Of a stretch of 64,000 nucleotides of DNA, positions 1 to 10,340 are shown in pieces; position 1 is the stretch's first letter, and each line of letters begins with the position of its first letter. The notes beneath the pieces were generated by a model. It saw only the letters and a list, made by a program, of their open reading frames with translations, had not been told where the DNA came from and ran no database searches. Source of the stretch: Romeriopsis navalis LEGE 11480 (GTDB lineage Bacteria > Cyanobacteriota > Cyanobacteriia > Leptolyngbyales > Leptolyngbyaceae); the NCBI RefSeq assembly GCF_015207035.1, contig NZ_JADEXQ010000002.1, positions 56,274 to 120,273 of the forward strand. The letters run 5' to 3'. A program made the position numbers and the translations under genes.

Positions 1-369
1 CTGGGGGCTCAACAGGGATTATCGGGCAATCAGCTAATTCTCCAAGCCGGACGCCCTAAAGGCCTATCGGAAAACGATAAGCCTTACCCCCGGACGATTG
101 TGGGGACGGATGGGGCAGGGCAAACGCTGTGGCTGCTCATCGTCGACGGTAAGCAGCCTTGGTATAGCGAGGGTTTAACGATCGCCGAAGTTATCCCTTG
201 GCTCCAACAGTGGGGTGTCCAGACGGCTTTGAACCTTGATGGAGGGGGTTCCAGTACGCTGGCGATCGCGACTCGCCGAGGGGCAAAATTGCTGAATGCG
301 CCGATCCATAACAAAATTCCGATGACCGAGCGGCCAGTGGCAAATCACTTAGGGGTGCGTTGGCACTAG
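1..369 (+). CDS. C-terminal fragment of a phosphodiester glycosidase (NAGPA-like) family protein; the 5' end lies outside the window
   Basis: Frame 1 is open from base 1 and stops at 367-369. The NLDGGGSSTL motif and the overall pattern resemble the NAGPA/DUF2233 family. Family assignment is from memory only. Confidence 0.45.
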   Translation: MGAQQGLSGNQLILQAGRPKGLSENDKPYPRTIVGTDGAGQTLWLLIVDGKQPWYSEGLTIAEVIPWLQQWGVQTALNLDGGGSSTLAIATRRGAKLLNAPIHNKIPMTERPVANHLGVRWH

Positions 370-598
370 CGGCTGACCGTGAGGCGGTCAGCAAAATAAT
401 CATTAAAATTTGGCAGCAAAGTTTAAATAAACTCACGGATTGGATCAGTCATGCTGCGATCAGAAGGGTCTCGCCACAATCGGCTCAAACCATTATTCTG
501 ACTGATCTACGCCGATCTGTTATCTTGCGGAGGCTTTACCCAAACTCAGTATGACTATGTTATAGTTCTATGCGAATTAATTTGAGGAGATAAGATTC

Positions 599-1192
599 AT
601 GGCTGAGTGCCTCCGAGTTGGTCAAGCTGCCCCAGACTTCACTGCTACAGCAGTTGTCGACCAAGAGTTCAAGACAATCAATCTGTCTGACTATCGCGGT
701 AAGTACGTCGTATTGTTTTTCTATCCTTTAGACTTTACGTTTGTCTGCCCGACTGAGATTACTGCATTTAGCGATCGCTACTCTGAGTTCAGCGCCTTGA
801 ATACTGAAGTCCTCGGCGTTTCCGTCGATAGCGAATTCTCGCACCTCGCTTGGATTCAGACTGATCGTAAGTCTGGTGGTGTGGGCGATCTCGACTATCC
901 GTTGGTTTCGGACATCAAGAAGACCATCAGCGAAGCCTATAACGTCCTTGACCCGGATGCTGGTGTGGCATTGCGCGGCCTGTTTATCATCGACAAAGAA
1001 GGCATTGTGCAGCACGCAACTGTGAATAACCTAGCTGTGGGCCGTAGTGTTGATGAGACGCTACGCACATTGCAGGCGTTCCAATATACGCAGTCCCATC
1101 CGGATGAAGTTTGTCCTGCTGGCTGGACTCCGGGTGCCAAGACAATGAATCCTGATCCAGTTAAGTCGAAGGAATTCTTCGCAGCTGTTTAA
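599..1192 (+). CDS. 2-Cys peroxiredoxin (AhpC/TSA family, BAS1-like thioredoxin peroxidase)
   Basis: 197 aa. Peroxidatic Cys motif FTFVCPTEI and resolving Cys EVCPAGW are present. The length is typical for 2-Cys Prx. Confidence 0.9.
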   Translation: MAECLRVGQAAPDFTATAVVDQEFKTINLSDYRGKYVVLFFYPLDFTFVCPTEITAFSDRYSEFSALNTEVLGVSVDSEFSHLAWIQTDRKSGGVGDLDYPLVSDIKKTISEAYNVLDPDAGVALRGLFIIDKEGIVQHATVNNLAVGRSVDETLRTLQAFQYTQSHPDEVCPAGWTPGAKTMNPDPVKSKEFFAAV

Positions 1193-1202
1193 TTGGCGTT
1201 GG

Positions 1203-1245
1203 CGTTAAATCATTTTTAGTTGATGTAACTAAAAATGATTTAACG
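1203..1245. terminator. Perfect 19-bp inverted repeat (loop gatgt) immediately downstream of the prx stop
   Basis: cgttaaatcatttttagtt/aactaaaaatgatttaacg are perfectly complementary. An AT-rich hairpin is followed by aataattttt. Confidence 0.4.
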
Positions 1246-1258
1246 CAATAATTTTTAA

Positions 1259-1300
1259 GGCGTCGTTGAGAATTGCGATTCTCAACGACGCCTTTTTTGT
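1259..1300 (+). terminator. Rho-independent terminator for prx
   Basis: 12-bp GC-rich stem ggcgtcgttgag/ctcaacgacgcc with a 10-nt loop, followed by ttttttgtcttttttt. Confidence 0.75.
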
Positions 1301-1319
1301 CTTTTTTTGTCGTTTACGC

Positions 1320-1360
1320 AAAAACACCTGATCAGGACTTGGCTGATCAGGTGTTTTTGT
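1320..1360. terminator. Bidirectional intrinsic terminator (serves ppc on the minus strand)
   Basis: 11-bp stem cacctgatcag/ctgatcaggtg flanked by an A-run on the 5' side and a T-run on the 3' side. It lies 34 bp past the ppc stop. Confidence 0.7.
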
Positions 1361-1393
1361 ATCAAATTGGAAGCCGGAGCGGATAGTTTGCGG

Positions 1394-4300
1394 TTAGCCA
1401 GTATTGCGCATACCGGCGGCAATACCATTAATCGTAAGTAAAGCGCCACGCAGTAGTTCGCCTTTGCTGTAGCGCGATCGCAGGGCTCCCACGGCAGTTT
1501 TATGCTGGCGCAGCCGCTGTAGCAGTGAGACTTGGAGGAAGCCGAGGGGGACGATCGTGCCGTTGCGCAGTTGTACCGATCGCTGAAGGTCAGGATCGCC
1601 GTCGAGTAGCTTGGTATGGCCAGTGATGGTGAGGATCACCTCCCGCGTCAGGTGATATTCCTGCACGATTTGCTCGTAGACGGGTTGTAGACGTTCGCGA
1701 TCCTCAGGATTGGTGAGTTGTTGAACGTAATGTCCGGCTAGCTGCAAATCCACTTTGGCTAAGGTCATTTCGACTTTAGAAATGACCATGCGGAAGAATG
1801 GCCACTTGAAGTAAAAATAGCTGAGCAGTTTCAAATGATCAGGGCGTTCATCAAGGAAGTGCTTGAGCGCCGATCCGACGCCGTACCAAGCGGGCAGCAG
1901 GAAGCGACTCTGAGTCCAACTGAAAACCCAAGGAATAGCGCGTAGACTCCCGAGGTCTTTTTTGCCACCCCGCCGGGCGGGTCGTGAACTGATTTGTAAT
2001 TGACTAATTTCTTCGACTGGGGTGACTTGGTGGAAGAAGTCGATAAAGTCCGGCTGCTCGTAGACCAATTTGCGATAGTGTTCGCGCGATTGGGTCGCAA
2101 TTTCTTCCATGATCTCTTGCCATGGTTGAATTGCGTCAAATTTCGTGCCCAGCAAGCTGCCTTGGACAACGGCACTGGTTGCGGTTTCTAAGTTATACAG
2201 TGCTAACTCGGTGAGCGAATATTTTGATGCGAGGACTTCGCCTTGTTCTGTGATCTTGATGCGTCCTTGTAATGTTTGCCCTGGCTGCGCCAAAATCGCT
2301 TCATAAGCGGGGCCACCGCCACGACCGACCGAACCGCCACGACCGTGGAATATTCGGAGTTCAACGCCGGATTGTTCGGCAATTTTTTGCAGTGCTTGTT
2401 GGGCTTTATGGATTTCCCAGTTGCTACTGAGGAAGCCTGAATCTTTATTGCTATCGGAGTAGCCCAGCATCACTTCTTGTAAGGCTACTGGTTGTGTCTC
2501 CAATACCGATTTGTAGAACGGCAAGTTGAATAGCGCTGTCATCACCGCCGGTGCTTTTTTCAAGTCCTCGACGGTTTCAAAGAGGGGCACAACTTGTACG
2601 GTGCTGCTACCGGTAATGGGATCATAAATTCCCGCTTCTTTGGCCAGCAGCAACACTTCGAGCAAATCACTGACATCGTGACTCATGCTAATGACGTAGC
2701 TTTTGCAAATGTCTGGGCCAAACTCTTTATGCAGCTCGCGCAGCATCCGGAACGTGTCGATCGTTTCCTGGGTTTTTTCTGAGAACGGCAGCTCCCGTGG
2801 GACTAATGGTCGGCGAGTTTTGAGCTCATTTACGAGCCACTCAACCCGATCGGCTTCGCTCGATTCGTCGTAGGACTGGGGCAGGATTTGCAGATACTCG
2901 GTGATTTCATTCATGGTGTCCGAGTGCCGCGTACTTTCTTGGCGAATGTCCAAGTGGGTTAAGGTAAATCCGAAGATTTCCACTTGGCAAATTAGATGCT
3001 CTAAATCGCTGCAAGCAAGCCCGGTTTCTTGGAGATTGCGCTGAATCAGGCGTAACTCAGTCAGGAAACCTTCGCGTGTGTGATACACCGTTGCACTATC
3101 ATATTCGGGAATTTCCTGGCGGAGACAATCGCCTTGCGCAATCTGGTCGTTGCGGTCGCGGGTATTTTCAAGCCGTTGTTGAATATAAGCTAATTTCAGG
3201 CGGTAGGGTTCTTGGCGATACCGAATTGCGAGCTTTTCGTAGATGTTTGGCAGCCGCACCTGATCTTGCTCGAGTGATTCGAGCAAGTCAGACGAAACAT
3301 CACTCCAGTGGAGCGATAGGCTCAGTAAATCAGTGAGCTTTTTGACAGATTGAATATACTTTTCCAGCACCATGCCACGTTGGTAGCATGCGGTTTGCCA
3401 AGTGATCTGAGGCGTGACGGAGGGGTTGCCATCGCGATCGGAGCCGACCCAGGAGCCAAACCGGCAGAAGTTGTAATGCGGAATTTTCAGATCCGGGAAG
3501 GAAATCTGGAGCGACTGGTTCAGCCGTTCATAGAGCTGTGGCATCGCATCAAACAGCACCTCATTGAAGTAGTGCAAGGTGTAGTCGACTTCGTCTAATA
3601 CGGTCGGCTTAAACTGATGTAGCTCATCGGTGCGCCACCAAAGCCGAATCTCTTCAGTAATTCGATCGTAAAGTAACTTCCCTTCACGCTCTGCCATTGC
3701 TCCCATGCCGGGTGCCCGTTCATCGAGTTGATCAAGCTGGCGCAGGATCTTGGCGATCCGACGTTGCTTGTCACGGATGGTATGCCGGACAATTTCCGTG
3801 GGATGGGCTGTAAATACGAGCCAAACTTCTAATTGATCAAGCAGTGCTTGAATTTGTTGGGGTGGCACATTCAGTTCTTTCAGCCGTGGAAATAGCCAAG
3901 GGAAAGTGCCGACGCCGAGTTGTTTTGTGGGTGTGCGCACTGCGGATTTGTCAACGGCATCGGCTTCGACGCTGTTGTGGGAATAGAGCGTTTCACTCGG
4001 ATTTTCGGCCCAGTAGCGTTTGGTGGAAGGTGCTTCTGGACTTGGAGCGGCCCGATACTGCCGTTGTTGATCACGCTGTTCGTAATGCTGCTCAATAATG
4101 TTGATCAATTGGAAGTAAAGCGCAAAAGCGCGGGCGGCGCGAATCGCCTCGTTTAATTCCAACTCTTCCACGAGTTTTAAGGCTTGGGATTCACCGGTGC
4201 GGGCGACTTGGCCTTCGGGGGAGCATAGCGATAGGAGTTGGTTGAGTAAGTCGACAAGTTCCTGGCCACATTCCTGGAGCAGGACGGACTCCCATAGGGA

Positions 4301-4465
4301 TTCGACGAGTTTGAGGCGGTGGCGCAGCGGGAAATTATGGTCGTTTTCGGCGGTTTCCACTGTTCCGTTCTCCCCCGAGTCATAGGCGGTATGGGCGCGA
4401 TCGCTCAGTTGTATCGCAGCTTGCCCCAAGGCGTTTTCGTCAGAGGAAGGTCGTACGGATGTCAT
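1394..4465 (-). CDS. ppc: Phosphoenolpyruvate carboxylase
   Basis: 1023 aa. PEPC signatures [25 protein letters not shown] and the C-terminal ...GMRNTG are present. Confidence 0.97.
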   Translation of the reverse strand: MTSVRPSSDENALGQAAIQLSDRAHTAYDSGENGTVETAENDHNFPLRHRLKLVESLWESVLLQECGQELVDLLNQLLSLCSPEGQVARTGESQALKLVEELELNEAIRAARAFALYFQLINIIEQHYEQRDQQRQYRAAPSPEAPSTKRYWAENPSETLYSHNSVEADAVDKSAVRTPTKQLGVGTFPWLFPRLKELNVPPQQIQALLDQLEVWLVFTAHPTEIVRHTIRDKQRRIAKILRQLDQLDERAPGMGAMAEREGKLLYDRITEEIRLWWRTDELHQFKPTVLDEVDYTLHYFNEVLFDAMPQLYERLNQSLQISFPDLKIPHYNFCRFGSWVGSDRDGNPSVTPQITWQTACYQRGMVLEKYIQSVKKLTDLLSLSLHWSDVSSDLLESLEQDQVRLPNIYEKLAIRYRQEPYRLKLAYIQQRLENTRDRNDQIAQGDCLRQEIPEYDSATVYHTREGFLTELRLIQRNLQETGLACSDLEHLICQVEIFGFTLTHLDIRQESTRHSDTMNEITEYLQILPQSYDESSEADRVEWLVNELKTRRPLVPRELPFSEKTQETIDTFRMLRELHKEFGPDICKSYVISMSHDVSDLLEVLLLAKEAGIYDPITGSSTVQVVPLFETVEDLKKAPAVMTALFNLPFYKSVLETQPVALQEVMLGYSDSNKDSGFLSSNWEIHKAQQALQKIAEQSGVELRIFHGRGGSVGRGGGPAYEAILAQPGQTLQGRIKITEQGEVLASKYSLTELALYNLETATSAVVQGSLLGTKFDAIQPWQEIMEEIATQSREHYRKLVYEQPDFIDFFHQVTPVEEISQLQISSRPARRGGKKDLGSLRAIPWVFSWTQSRFLLPAWYGVGSALKHFLDERPDHLKLLSYFYFKWPFFRMVISKVEMTLAKVDLQLAGHYVQQLTNPEDRERLQPVYEQIVQEYHLTREVILTITGHTKLLDGDPDLQRSVQLRNGTIVPLGFLQVSLLQRLRQHKTAVGALRSRYSKGELLRGALLTINGIAAGMRNTG

Positions 4466-4553
4466 AAAAATGCACTACCGAAAATACATCACATTATTGT
4501 ATGGGTTTTTTGTTGCCTTTCTAGTCAGTGAGCGGATTATCACTTTAACTGCT

Positions 4554-4588
4554 AGGTTCAATTCGACAACGGTCAGGTTCAATTCGAC
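4554..4588. repeat. Two exact copies of aggttcaattcgac, 21 bp centre to centre, upstream of ppc
   Basis: Copies at 4554-4567 and 4575-4588, about 90-125 bp upstream of the ppc start codon on the minus strand. The spacing of two helical turns suggests a dimeric regulator site. Confidence 0.3.
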
Positions 4589-5319
4589 CCAGGTGGGGTG
4601 GGGAAGTGCAGCACTGGCAGTCGATCACCCCGCAGCAAATCTTCGCTTAACTGGCTGATGGCACTGATTGATTGGGTGACAGTATGGCTTCCGATTACCG
4701 CCAAAATCATTGGTGGTGTCGCTAAGCCAACTAGCAAATTGCCTAAAAATGCCGGATGGTTGCCATTCTGGTGACTGTTGGAACCATGCGCGATCCGATC
4801 TGGATCGGCTACCTGAGCCCTTAAGTGTTTGTTATGGAAGTTGCGGCTGTTCATAGGATTTGGTTTGAGCGTAAGGGGCTAAATTGATGCAATCGCTTGA
4901 ATCGAGGCGGGTCGATAGGGGGGTGATGGATCAGGTGGTCAAGCGCTAATGTCTGACAAAATTGGATATTGGCCTAGGTTCTAATTTTAAAGAACACAAG
5001 GCAATATGGCGCATTGACTTGACAGAAAATACGCAACCAACTAAATTCAAACTCTATATGTGGCCCCTTGTTGAAAATGAAACGCTCTATCTAGCGTAGG
5101 ATATTTTTCAGTACATTTGTGGCTTGACTCGCTGAAAGCCAATCTGTGCTGGTCGAACATCGCAGATCTGGGCTACACTCCCTAGCAGTTCTCGATTTAT
5201 TTTGTGATGCTGCTTTAGATGGTGCCGGTGTGGCCCGGTTAGCCGCGATGTGATTCATTCGTTTTCTTGAAAATTCCTTCGGCAATTCCAGTTCGGGTGC
5301 GATCCCCCTTCCCCAGTCT

Positions 5320-8300
5320 ATGATTAACCTACCAGAACGCGTTACATCAGTTAAGGCTATGGAATCTCGTCAAGATCTACAGCAATGGTGGCAGCAGGCA
5401 ATTTCCCTGGCAGATGTGGATGTGCGAGTGCGAGTACGGGGGAATAATCTGTATGTTCTGTGTGAAATGCAGCATCAGCCTCCAGAGCAACGGTTAATTC
5501 GTTCCCGCTGTATTCGGGCTTTACTCAAAACCGATATTACGCAGTTGTTGCCAGCGACGGCACCCCCGATTTATCAGGTCAATTTATACGGTAAAGCGGC
5601 AGGGCAAGCGCAACCCGCGTGGGTGCGTGTGATCTATTTGAGCCAGCTACAGGAGTATGCGCGTAAGGTTGATGCCGTTAGGCAAGCGGCGCGCAAAAGC
5701 AATGGAATTCCGATGCCGGTGTCGGAAGGTCCCACTACAGCGGTGTTAGCCCAGTCGAATTTACAGTTAGCGAAGCAGGGGCGGCCAGAAGCGATCGCGC
5801 GGCAGCTGAGTGAATTTCTGAGTCAGCAAGGCATTGCCGTGCGGGCAACGGTCAAGGCGTTGTTTAAGGATAAGCAAGAGCTGCCATTGCGGCGATTGGT
5901 GCTGTATTGTGAAGCCGCATATAGTCCGGATCCAGCATCGTTGATTGAACCGATTGCGCAGCGGCTGCGTCAGCTAGAGCTGACCACGTTCCGCGATGCG
6001 GTGGTTTATGGTCAGGTGCAAGGTGAGCCTGAGCCAGAATGGAAGCTGCGGATTGATTTGACGCCGCCGACCCAAATTTTGCAGGATTGGGCCCGGTGGG
6101 GTGACGTGGAAGCCATGGTGCGGCTGGCGAATCAAGCCTTGGCCGGGCAGCAGGTGCAAGTCAGTGGCATCGTGCAGGATATGATTTTGCACTTGACTTG
6201 CTGGCGATCGCAGCCGACTGGACATGTGCAATTTGATTTGCCGCCACAGCAACGAGTGCTGAAGCCTTTGCAGGTTTTGTTTGAGCAGCTCGCACCCCAA
6301 GGTATTCATGCGTTGTCGGTTTATGGTGCGGCGGACATTTACCTGAATCCGACGCCGCAAGCGGTCGCGCCGGAGACGGTCGGCTGGCGAGAGCGCCTAG
6401 ATTTGCCGGCGGCGAGTCATCCGCAGCTCGCGATCGCCACGGCGATGCTGGCGAGGCGTGGTGATCTCGGGGCGATCAGTTTTTCCTTGACTCGGGTGTT
6501 AAATGCGGATTTGGAGCGCAAGTTAACGACGGGGGGCTTACGCTTGCAGGCGCGGCACCGGGATGATTTGTTGCATGTGATGGTGGATGGCACGGTGTTG
6601 CCGACGGAGAAATCGACGGCCTCCTTAGTGGCTGACTGTGTACGGACGCTGAAGATTTCTGGTGTAAACGGGGTGAGGATTTATGGTCGGCGAGCCGGCG
6701 AGAAGCGGCCCCGCTGGAAAGATGGGTATGATTTCACCAGCCGGGCGCGTTTGGTGCCCGAGGCAACGCCTGAGTTTGCGGCATCGGAAGCCTATGTCGG
6801 GGATTTGATCACCCAGCAGTCGGGCGCGTTGTTAGTGCGTCCCGATCTCAGTTCCGATGAGCTGCGTCAGCTCTGGCAAAAGATGGTTCAGGGTTTGCGT
6901 GGCCTTCTGCTGGGAACCCAAATTTTTTCGCCGTTGTCGACGGCCCGATCGATCAGTCGTGATGTTGAGCGCGATCGGATTGATGCGGCTTGGTTCCAAG
7001 AGTTGAAGTTAGCGTCGATTTGGGGTGTCATTGGGATTTTGGTGACGGTTTGTGCCGATCAAGGGTTAGGTGTCGTGATGCCCCAACCACAGGATGCTCC
7101 CAAAGTTGTGCGTAAGGCGGTACCGCAGGAGCTATCCCTATCGGGCTTAACCCTAGCCAAATCGGCAAGTGCGAACAATTCGTTTAACCGGAATGGGTTT
7201 ACCGGGGCAAGTGGGCGATCGGTGACGGCGAATCGACCGAATGTGAAGCTGCCAGAGTCAAAGACGGTGGCAATTGATCAACAGGGTAAGCAGTTGTTGA
7301 GTTCCCCAGTGCAACCGCGGGGGCAAGTGACATCGACGCAATATGTCTTCAACGTGCCGCAGCTCAATAATAAATTGGCTTTGTATGAGCAGTTTGTGGC
7401 GCAGTCAGGGGTACCGGATATTCTGATTATTGGCAGTTCTCGGGCGCTGCGAGGGCTGGATCCAGTTGCATTGCAAGATGGTCTATCGGCGCAGGGGTAT
7501 TCCGGTCGTAAGGTCTTTAATTTTGGGGTGAATGGCGCCACGGCCCAAATGGTTGATCTGGTGGTGCGGCGCTTAATCCCGATCGAAAAACTGCCGAAGT
7601 TGGTGCTGTGGGCAGATGGGGCGCGGGCGTTTAACAGTGGTCGGGTAGATGTGACCTATAACGCGATCGCCACATCAAAAAGTTATACCGAACTGGCGGC
7701 TAAGACGGATCAATCCCCGGCGATTGACCCGCCTTTGGTTGATTTGAGTAATACTTCCACCTTGCTGGCAACACAGTATGAACGGTGGAACCAGCAAATT
7801 CACCAAACCTTGGCTCAGGGGTCGGCCACCTATCCGCGTCGAGCCAATTTAGTGGATTGGTTGCGTGATGATCTGTTGACTAAGGTTTTACCGATTCCCG
7901 CCGCAATGTCCGCTGAACAATTAGCGGCAGTGGCCAGTGGTGAGGATTTAGAAGCGATTGACGTGAATGGATTTTTGCCGCTGTCGGCGCGGTTTAATCC
8001 GACGACGTACTACCAGAAATTTGCCCGCGTCACGGGGATTAATGACGCGGACTATACGCTGTTTCGGATGCAAGGTCGACAAACGGAGGCGCTAAAACTG
8101 ACTGCAGCGTATATGCAGCAGCAGGGTCATAGTCTGGTGTTTGTCAACTTGCCGTTGTCGGATGATTATCTGGATGGTTATCGACGGAAACATGAGGCCA
8201 AGTTTCAGCAATTTATGGTTCAGTCGGCGGCCACATTTGGCTTTACCTATCGCAATTTATCGGAGACGTGGAAGATGGAGCGAGATTACTTCTCCGATCC

Positions 8301-8382
8301 CAGCCATCTAAACCGCTACGGTGCCTATGCTGTGTCTCAGCATTTAGCCAAAGATCCGTTGATGCCATGGGGGGCTCAGTAG
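5320..8382 (+). CDS. Large membrane-anchored hypothetical protein with N-terminal internally repeated modules and a C-terminal DUF1574/SGNH(GDSL)-like domain
   Basis: 1020 aa. There are about 120-aa repeated modules (VRV..G..LYVLCE / ...LHLTCW / LLHVMVDG). A TM helix lies near aa 560 (LASIWGVIGILVTVCADQ). The C-terminus has IIGSSRALRGLDP...VFNFGVNGAT, resembling the DUF1574 GDSL-like fold. Confidence 0.55.
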   Translation: MINLPERVTSVKAMESRQDLQQWWQQAISLADVDVRVRVRGNNLYVLCEMQHQPPEQRLIRSRCIRALLKTDITQLLPATAPPIYQVNLYGKAAGQAQPAWVRVIYLSQLQEYARKVDAVRQAARKSNGIPMPVSEGPTTAVLAQSNLQLAKQGRPEAIARQLSEFLSQQGIAVRATVKALFKDKQELPLRRLVLYCEAAYSPDPASLIEPIAQRLRQLELTTFRDAVVYGQVQGEPEPEWKLRIDLTPPTQILQDWARWGDVEAMVRLANQALAGQQVQVSGIVQDMILHLTCWRSQPTGHVQFDLPPQQRVLKPLQVLFEQLAPQGIHALSVYGAADIYLNPTPQAVAPETVGWRERLDLPAASHPQLAIATAMLARRGDLGAISFSLTRVLNADLERKLTTGGLRLQARHRDDLLHVMVDGTVLPTEKSTASLVADCVRTLKISGVNGVRIYGRRAGEKRPRWKDGYDFTSRARLVPEATPEFAASEAYVGDLITQQSGALLVRPDLSSDELRQLWQKMVQGLRGLLLGTQIFSPLSTARSISRDVERDRIDAAWFQELKLASIWGVIGILVTVCADQGLGVVMPQPQDAPKVVRKAVPQELSLSGLTLAKSASANNSFNRNGFTGASGRSVTANRPNVKLPESKTVAIDQQGKQLLSSPVQPRGQVTSTQYVFNVPQLNNKLALYEQFVAQSGVPDILIIGSSRALRGLDPVALQDGLSAQGYSGRKVFNFGVNGATAQMVDLVVRRLIPIEKLPKLVLWADGARAFNSGRVDVTYNAIATSKSYTELAAKTDQSPAIDPPLVDLSNTSTLLATQYERWNQQIHQTLAQGSATYPRRANLVDWLRDDLLTKVLPIPAAMSAEQLAAVASGEDLEAIDVNGFLPLSARFNPTTYYQKFARVTGINDADYTLFRMQGRQTEALKLTAAYMQQQGHSLVFVNLPLSDDYLDGYRRKHEAKFQQFMVQSAATFGFTYRNLSETWKMERDYFSDPSHLNRYGAYAVSQHLAKDPLMPWGAQ

Positions 8383-8645
8383 TTATGCCCTGGTGGGGAC
8401 AATTGAAACGGTCTTTGTGCTTATTGCCGTGATTACAGTGGTATATATCGGCTTTTTGGGTGATTTGAACGGTCTGCCTGATGTGCCTTAGCCCAGGCTT
8501 GCATAACTTTTTTCAAGGAAAACGTAAGAATTTGTAGGAAAGTGGTCATTCCTAAATGTAGGAACTCGCAAGTGCAGGCGTTACCCGCGCGTGGACTCTG
8601 CATTCGGAACGTCCGCCCCTCGTTCAACCTTGGAGAAAGTAAGAT

Positions 8646-10319
8646 ATGCCGCAATTGTCTATGCAGCAGAGGCTCAAGCGTCGTGAGCTATCAGTCGAAA
8701 CTGCCCTAAAACGCTTAGTGGATGCGGATCAAACATTACATCTGGCGCAGCTTGATAGTGACTTAAATACCCTGTTTTTCCGGTGGTTACGGGATTTGCC
8801 GAACATGCCACCGATCGTCCCTTTGCTGTTGTGGCAAAACTGCTACTACGTGGGTTCGCCGGTTGCGGTGGAAGCGTCAGTCTTACAGTTAATGCGTGAT
8901 CGTTTAGATGCCCAGGTGCAAATTGTCGAAATTAGTCCCAGTAGCTACCGTAATTGGTTCCGACTGAAAAATCTGGACATGAGCCGCATTGCCATTGGGG
9001 ATCAGGCGAATCCGTTAACTGGGGAACTCGAGCAGGAAGATATTACCCAGACTACAGAGTTATACCTGGCCCAAACTGATAACCAAATTGAACGACTGAA
9101 GGCGATTATTGCGAGTGCCTTACGCAACCGTGCCAGTGATATTCATTTAGAGCCGACACCGGAAGGGTTGAAGGTCCGCTATCGCATTGATGGCATTATG
9201 CGCCATATCACGACGCTGCCCGCGGAAATCAGCCGCAAGGTGATTGTGTCATTGAAGGTGATGTGTGAGATGGATATTGCGGATAGTCGGCGGCCGCAGG
9301 ATGGTCGGATTAGTGAGCGCTATGTATCTGCAGATGAAGAGGAAGCAGGATTAGATCTGCGGGTGAGTACGTTGCCCTGTGTCAGTGGAATTAAAGGCGA
9401 AGCCGGCGAAAAAGCGGTTTTGCGACTCTTGCGGCAGCAGAATACGTTTAAGACGATCGATGATCTGGGCTTTTCGCCGACAATTTTGCCGATGTTCAAA
9501 AAGTGGATGGAGCAGCCCCAGGGAATGGTGATTTTGACCGGACCAACGGGCTCGGGTAAGACCAGTACGCTCTATACGAGTTTGCAAGAAATTGCGACGG
9601 ATGAAGTGAATATCATTACGGTTGAAGATCCGGTGGAGTACGTGTTGCAAGGGATTACCCAGACGCAAGTGCATGAGTTGGCGGGGATGACCTTTGCGGC
9701 GGGTCTCCGCTCGATTCTGCGGCAAGATCCGGATATTGTGATGTTGGGTGAAATCCGTGACCATGAAACGGCAGAAACGGCTGTACGGGCCGCTTTGACC
9801 GGACATTTGGTGCTCACGACCTTGCATACAAATGATGCCGTGGGTGTAATTCCCCGGTTGAAAGATATTGGACCTGATCCTGGTTTGATTAGTGACGCCT
9901 TATTAGGGGTGGTGGCCCAACGACTGCTGCGCCGGGTTTGCCCGCATTGCAGTGAAGTGCATATACCGACGGCAGTGGAGTTAGACTTGCTTGGGATTAC
10001 CGAGGTGCAAGCGAAACAAGGGAAGTGGCGGAAAGGCAAAGGCTGTAACCGCTGTTTTGGTACGGGTTATTTAGGCCGTGAGGCGGTGATGGAGGTGTTG
10101 AATATCGATGACGATATGCGCCAGGCGATCTATGAAGGCACAATTATGCAAGTCCGCCAAAGTGCCCATGTCGATAACTTCTTCTCTTTCCGGGATGCGG
10201 CAATCGAGAAAGTGCTGCTAGGTTTGACAACGGTGGAAGAAGTGAAGCGGGTATTGCCCTATAGTGCTTTGTGTCATCGCCCTGTGAGCGCGACCAAGAA
10301 GTTGGCGATTGCGGTTTAG
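8646..10319 (+). CDS. GspE/PilB-family type II secretion / type IV pilus assembly ATPase (orphan, no adjacent pilC/pilT)
   Basis: 557 aa. Walker A LTGPTGSGKTSTLY, Asp box, His box and the C-terminal tetracysteine CPHC...CNRC zinc motif are present. Confidence 0.85.
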   Translation: MPQLSMQQRLKRRELSVETALKRLVDADQTLHLAQLDSDLNTLFFRWLRDLPNMPPIVPLLLWQNCYYVGSPVAVEASVLQLMRDRLDAQVQIVEISPSSYRNWFRLKNLDMSRIAIGDQANPLTGELEQEDITQTTELYLAQTDNQIERLKAIIASALRNRASDIHLEPTPEGLKVRYRIDGIMRHITTLPAEISRKVIVSLKVMCEMDIADSRRPQDGRISERYVSADEEEAGLDLRVSTLPCVSGIKGEAGEKAVLRLLRQQNTFKTIDDLGFSPTILPMFKKWMEQPQGMVILTGPTGSGKTSTLYTSLQEIATDEVNIITVEDPVEYVLQGITQTQVHELAGMTFAAGLRSILRQDPDIVMLGEIRDHETAETAVRAALTGHLVLTTLHTNDAVGVIPRLKDIGPDPGLISDALLGVVAQRLLRRVCPHCSEVHIPTAVELDLLGITEVQAKQGKWRKGKGCNRCFGTGYLGREAVMEVLNIDDDMRQAIYEGTIMQVRQSAHVDNFFSFRDAAIEKVLLGLTTVEEVKRVLPYSALCHRPVSATKKLAIAV

Positions 10320-10340
10320 CGATGCATCTTTGGGCTGGGT

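Noticed and set aside
4527-4544. gtgagcggattatcac, superficially lac-operator-like (GTGAGCGGATAACA)
   Set aside because: Only the outer GTGA/TCAC ends are symmetric. This is probably a chance resemblance.
4579-4854. 91-aa minus-strand ORF in the ppc upstream intergenic region, a possible small protein
   Set aside because: No ribosome-binding site or recognisable motif. It overlaps the repeat-containing promoter region of ppc. It is more likely a non-coding leader or promoter region.
9351-10039. Two antisense ORFs of about 155 aa inside the GspE gene
   Set aside because: They lie entirely within a well-supported sense CDS and carry no motifs. These are typical GC-rich shadow ORFs.
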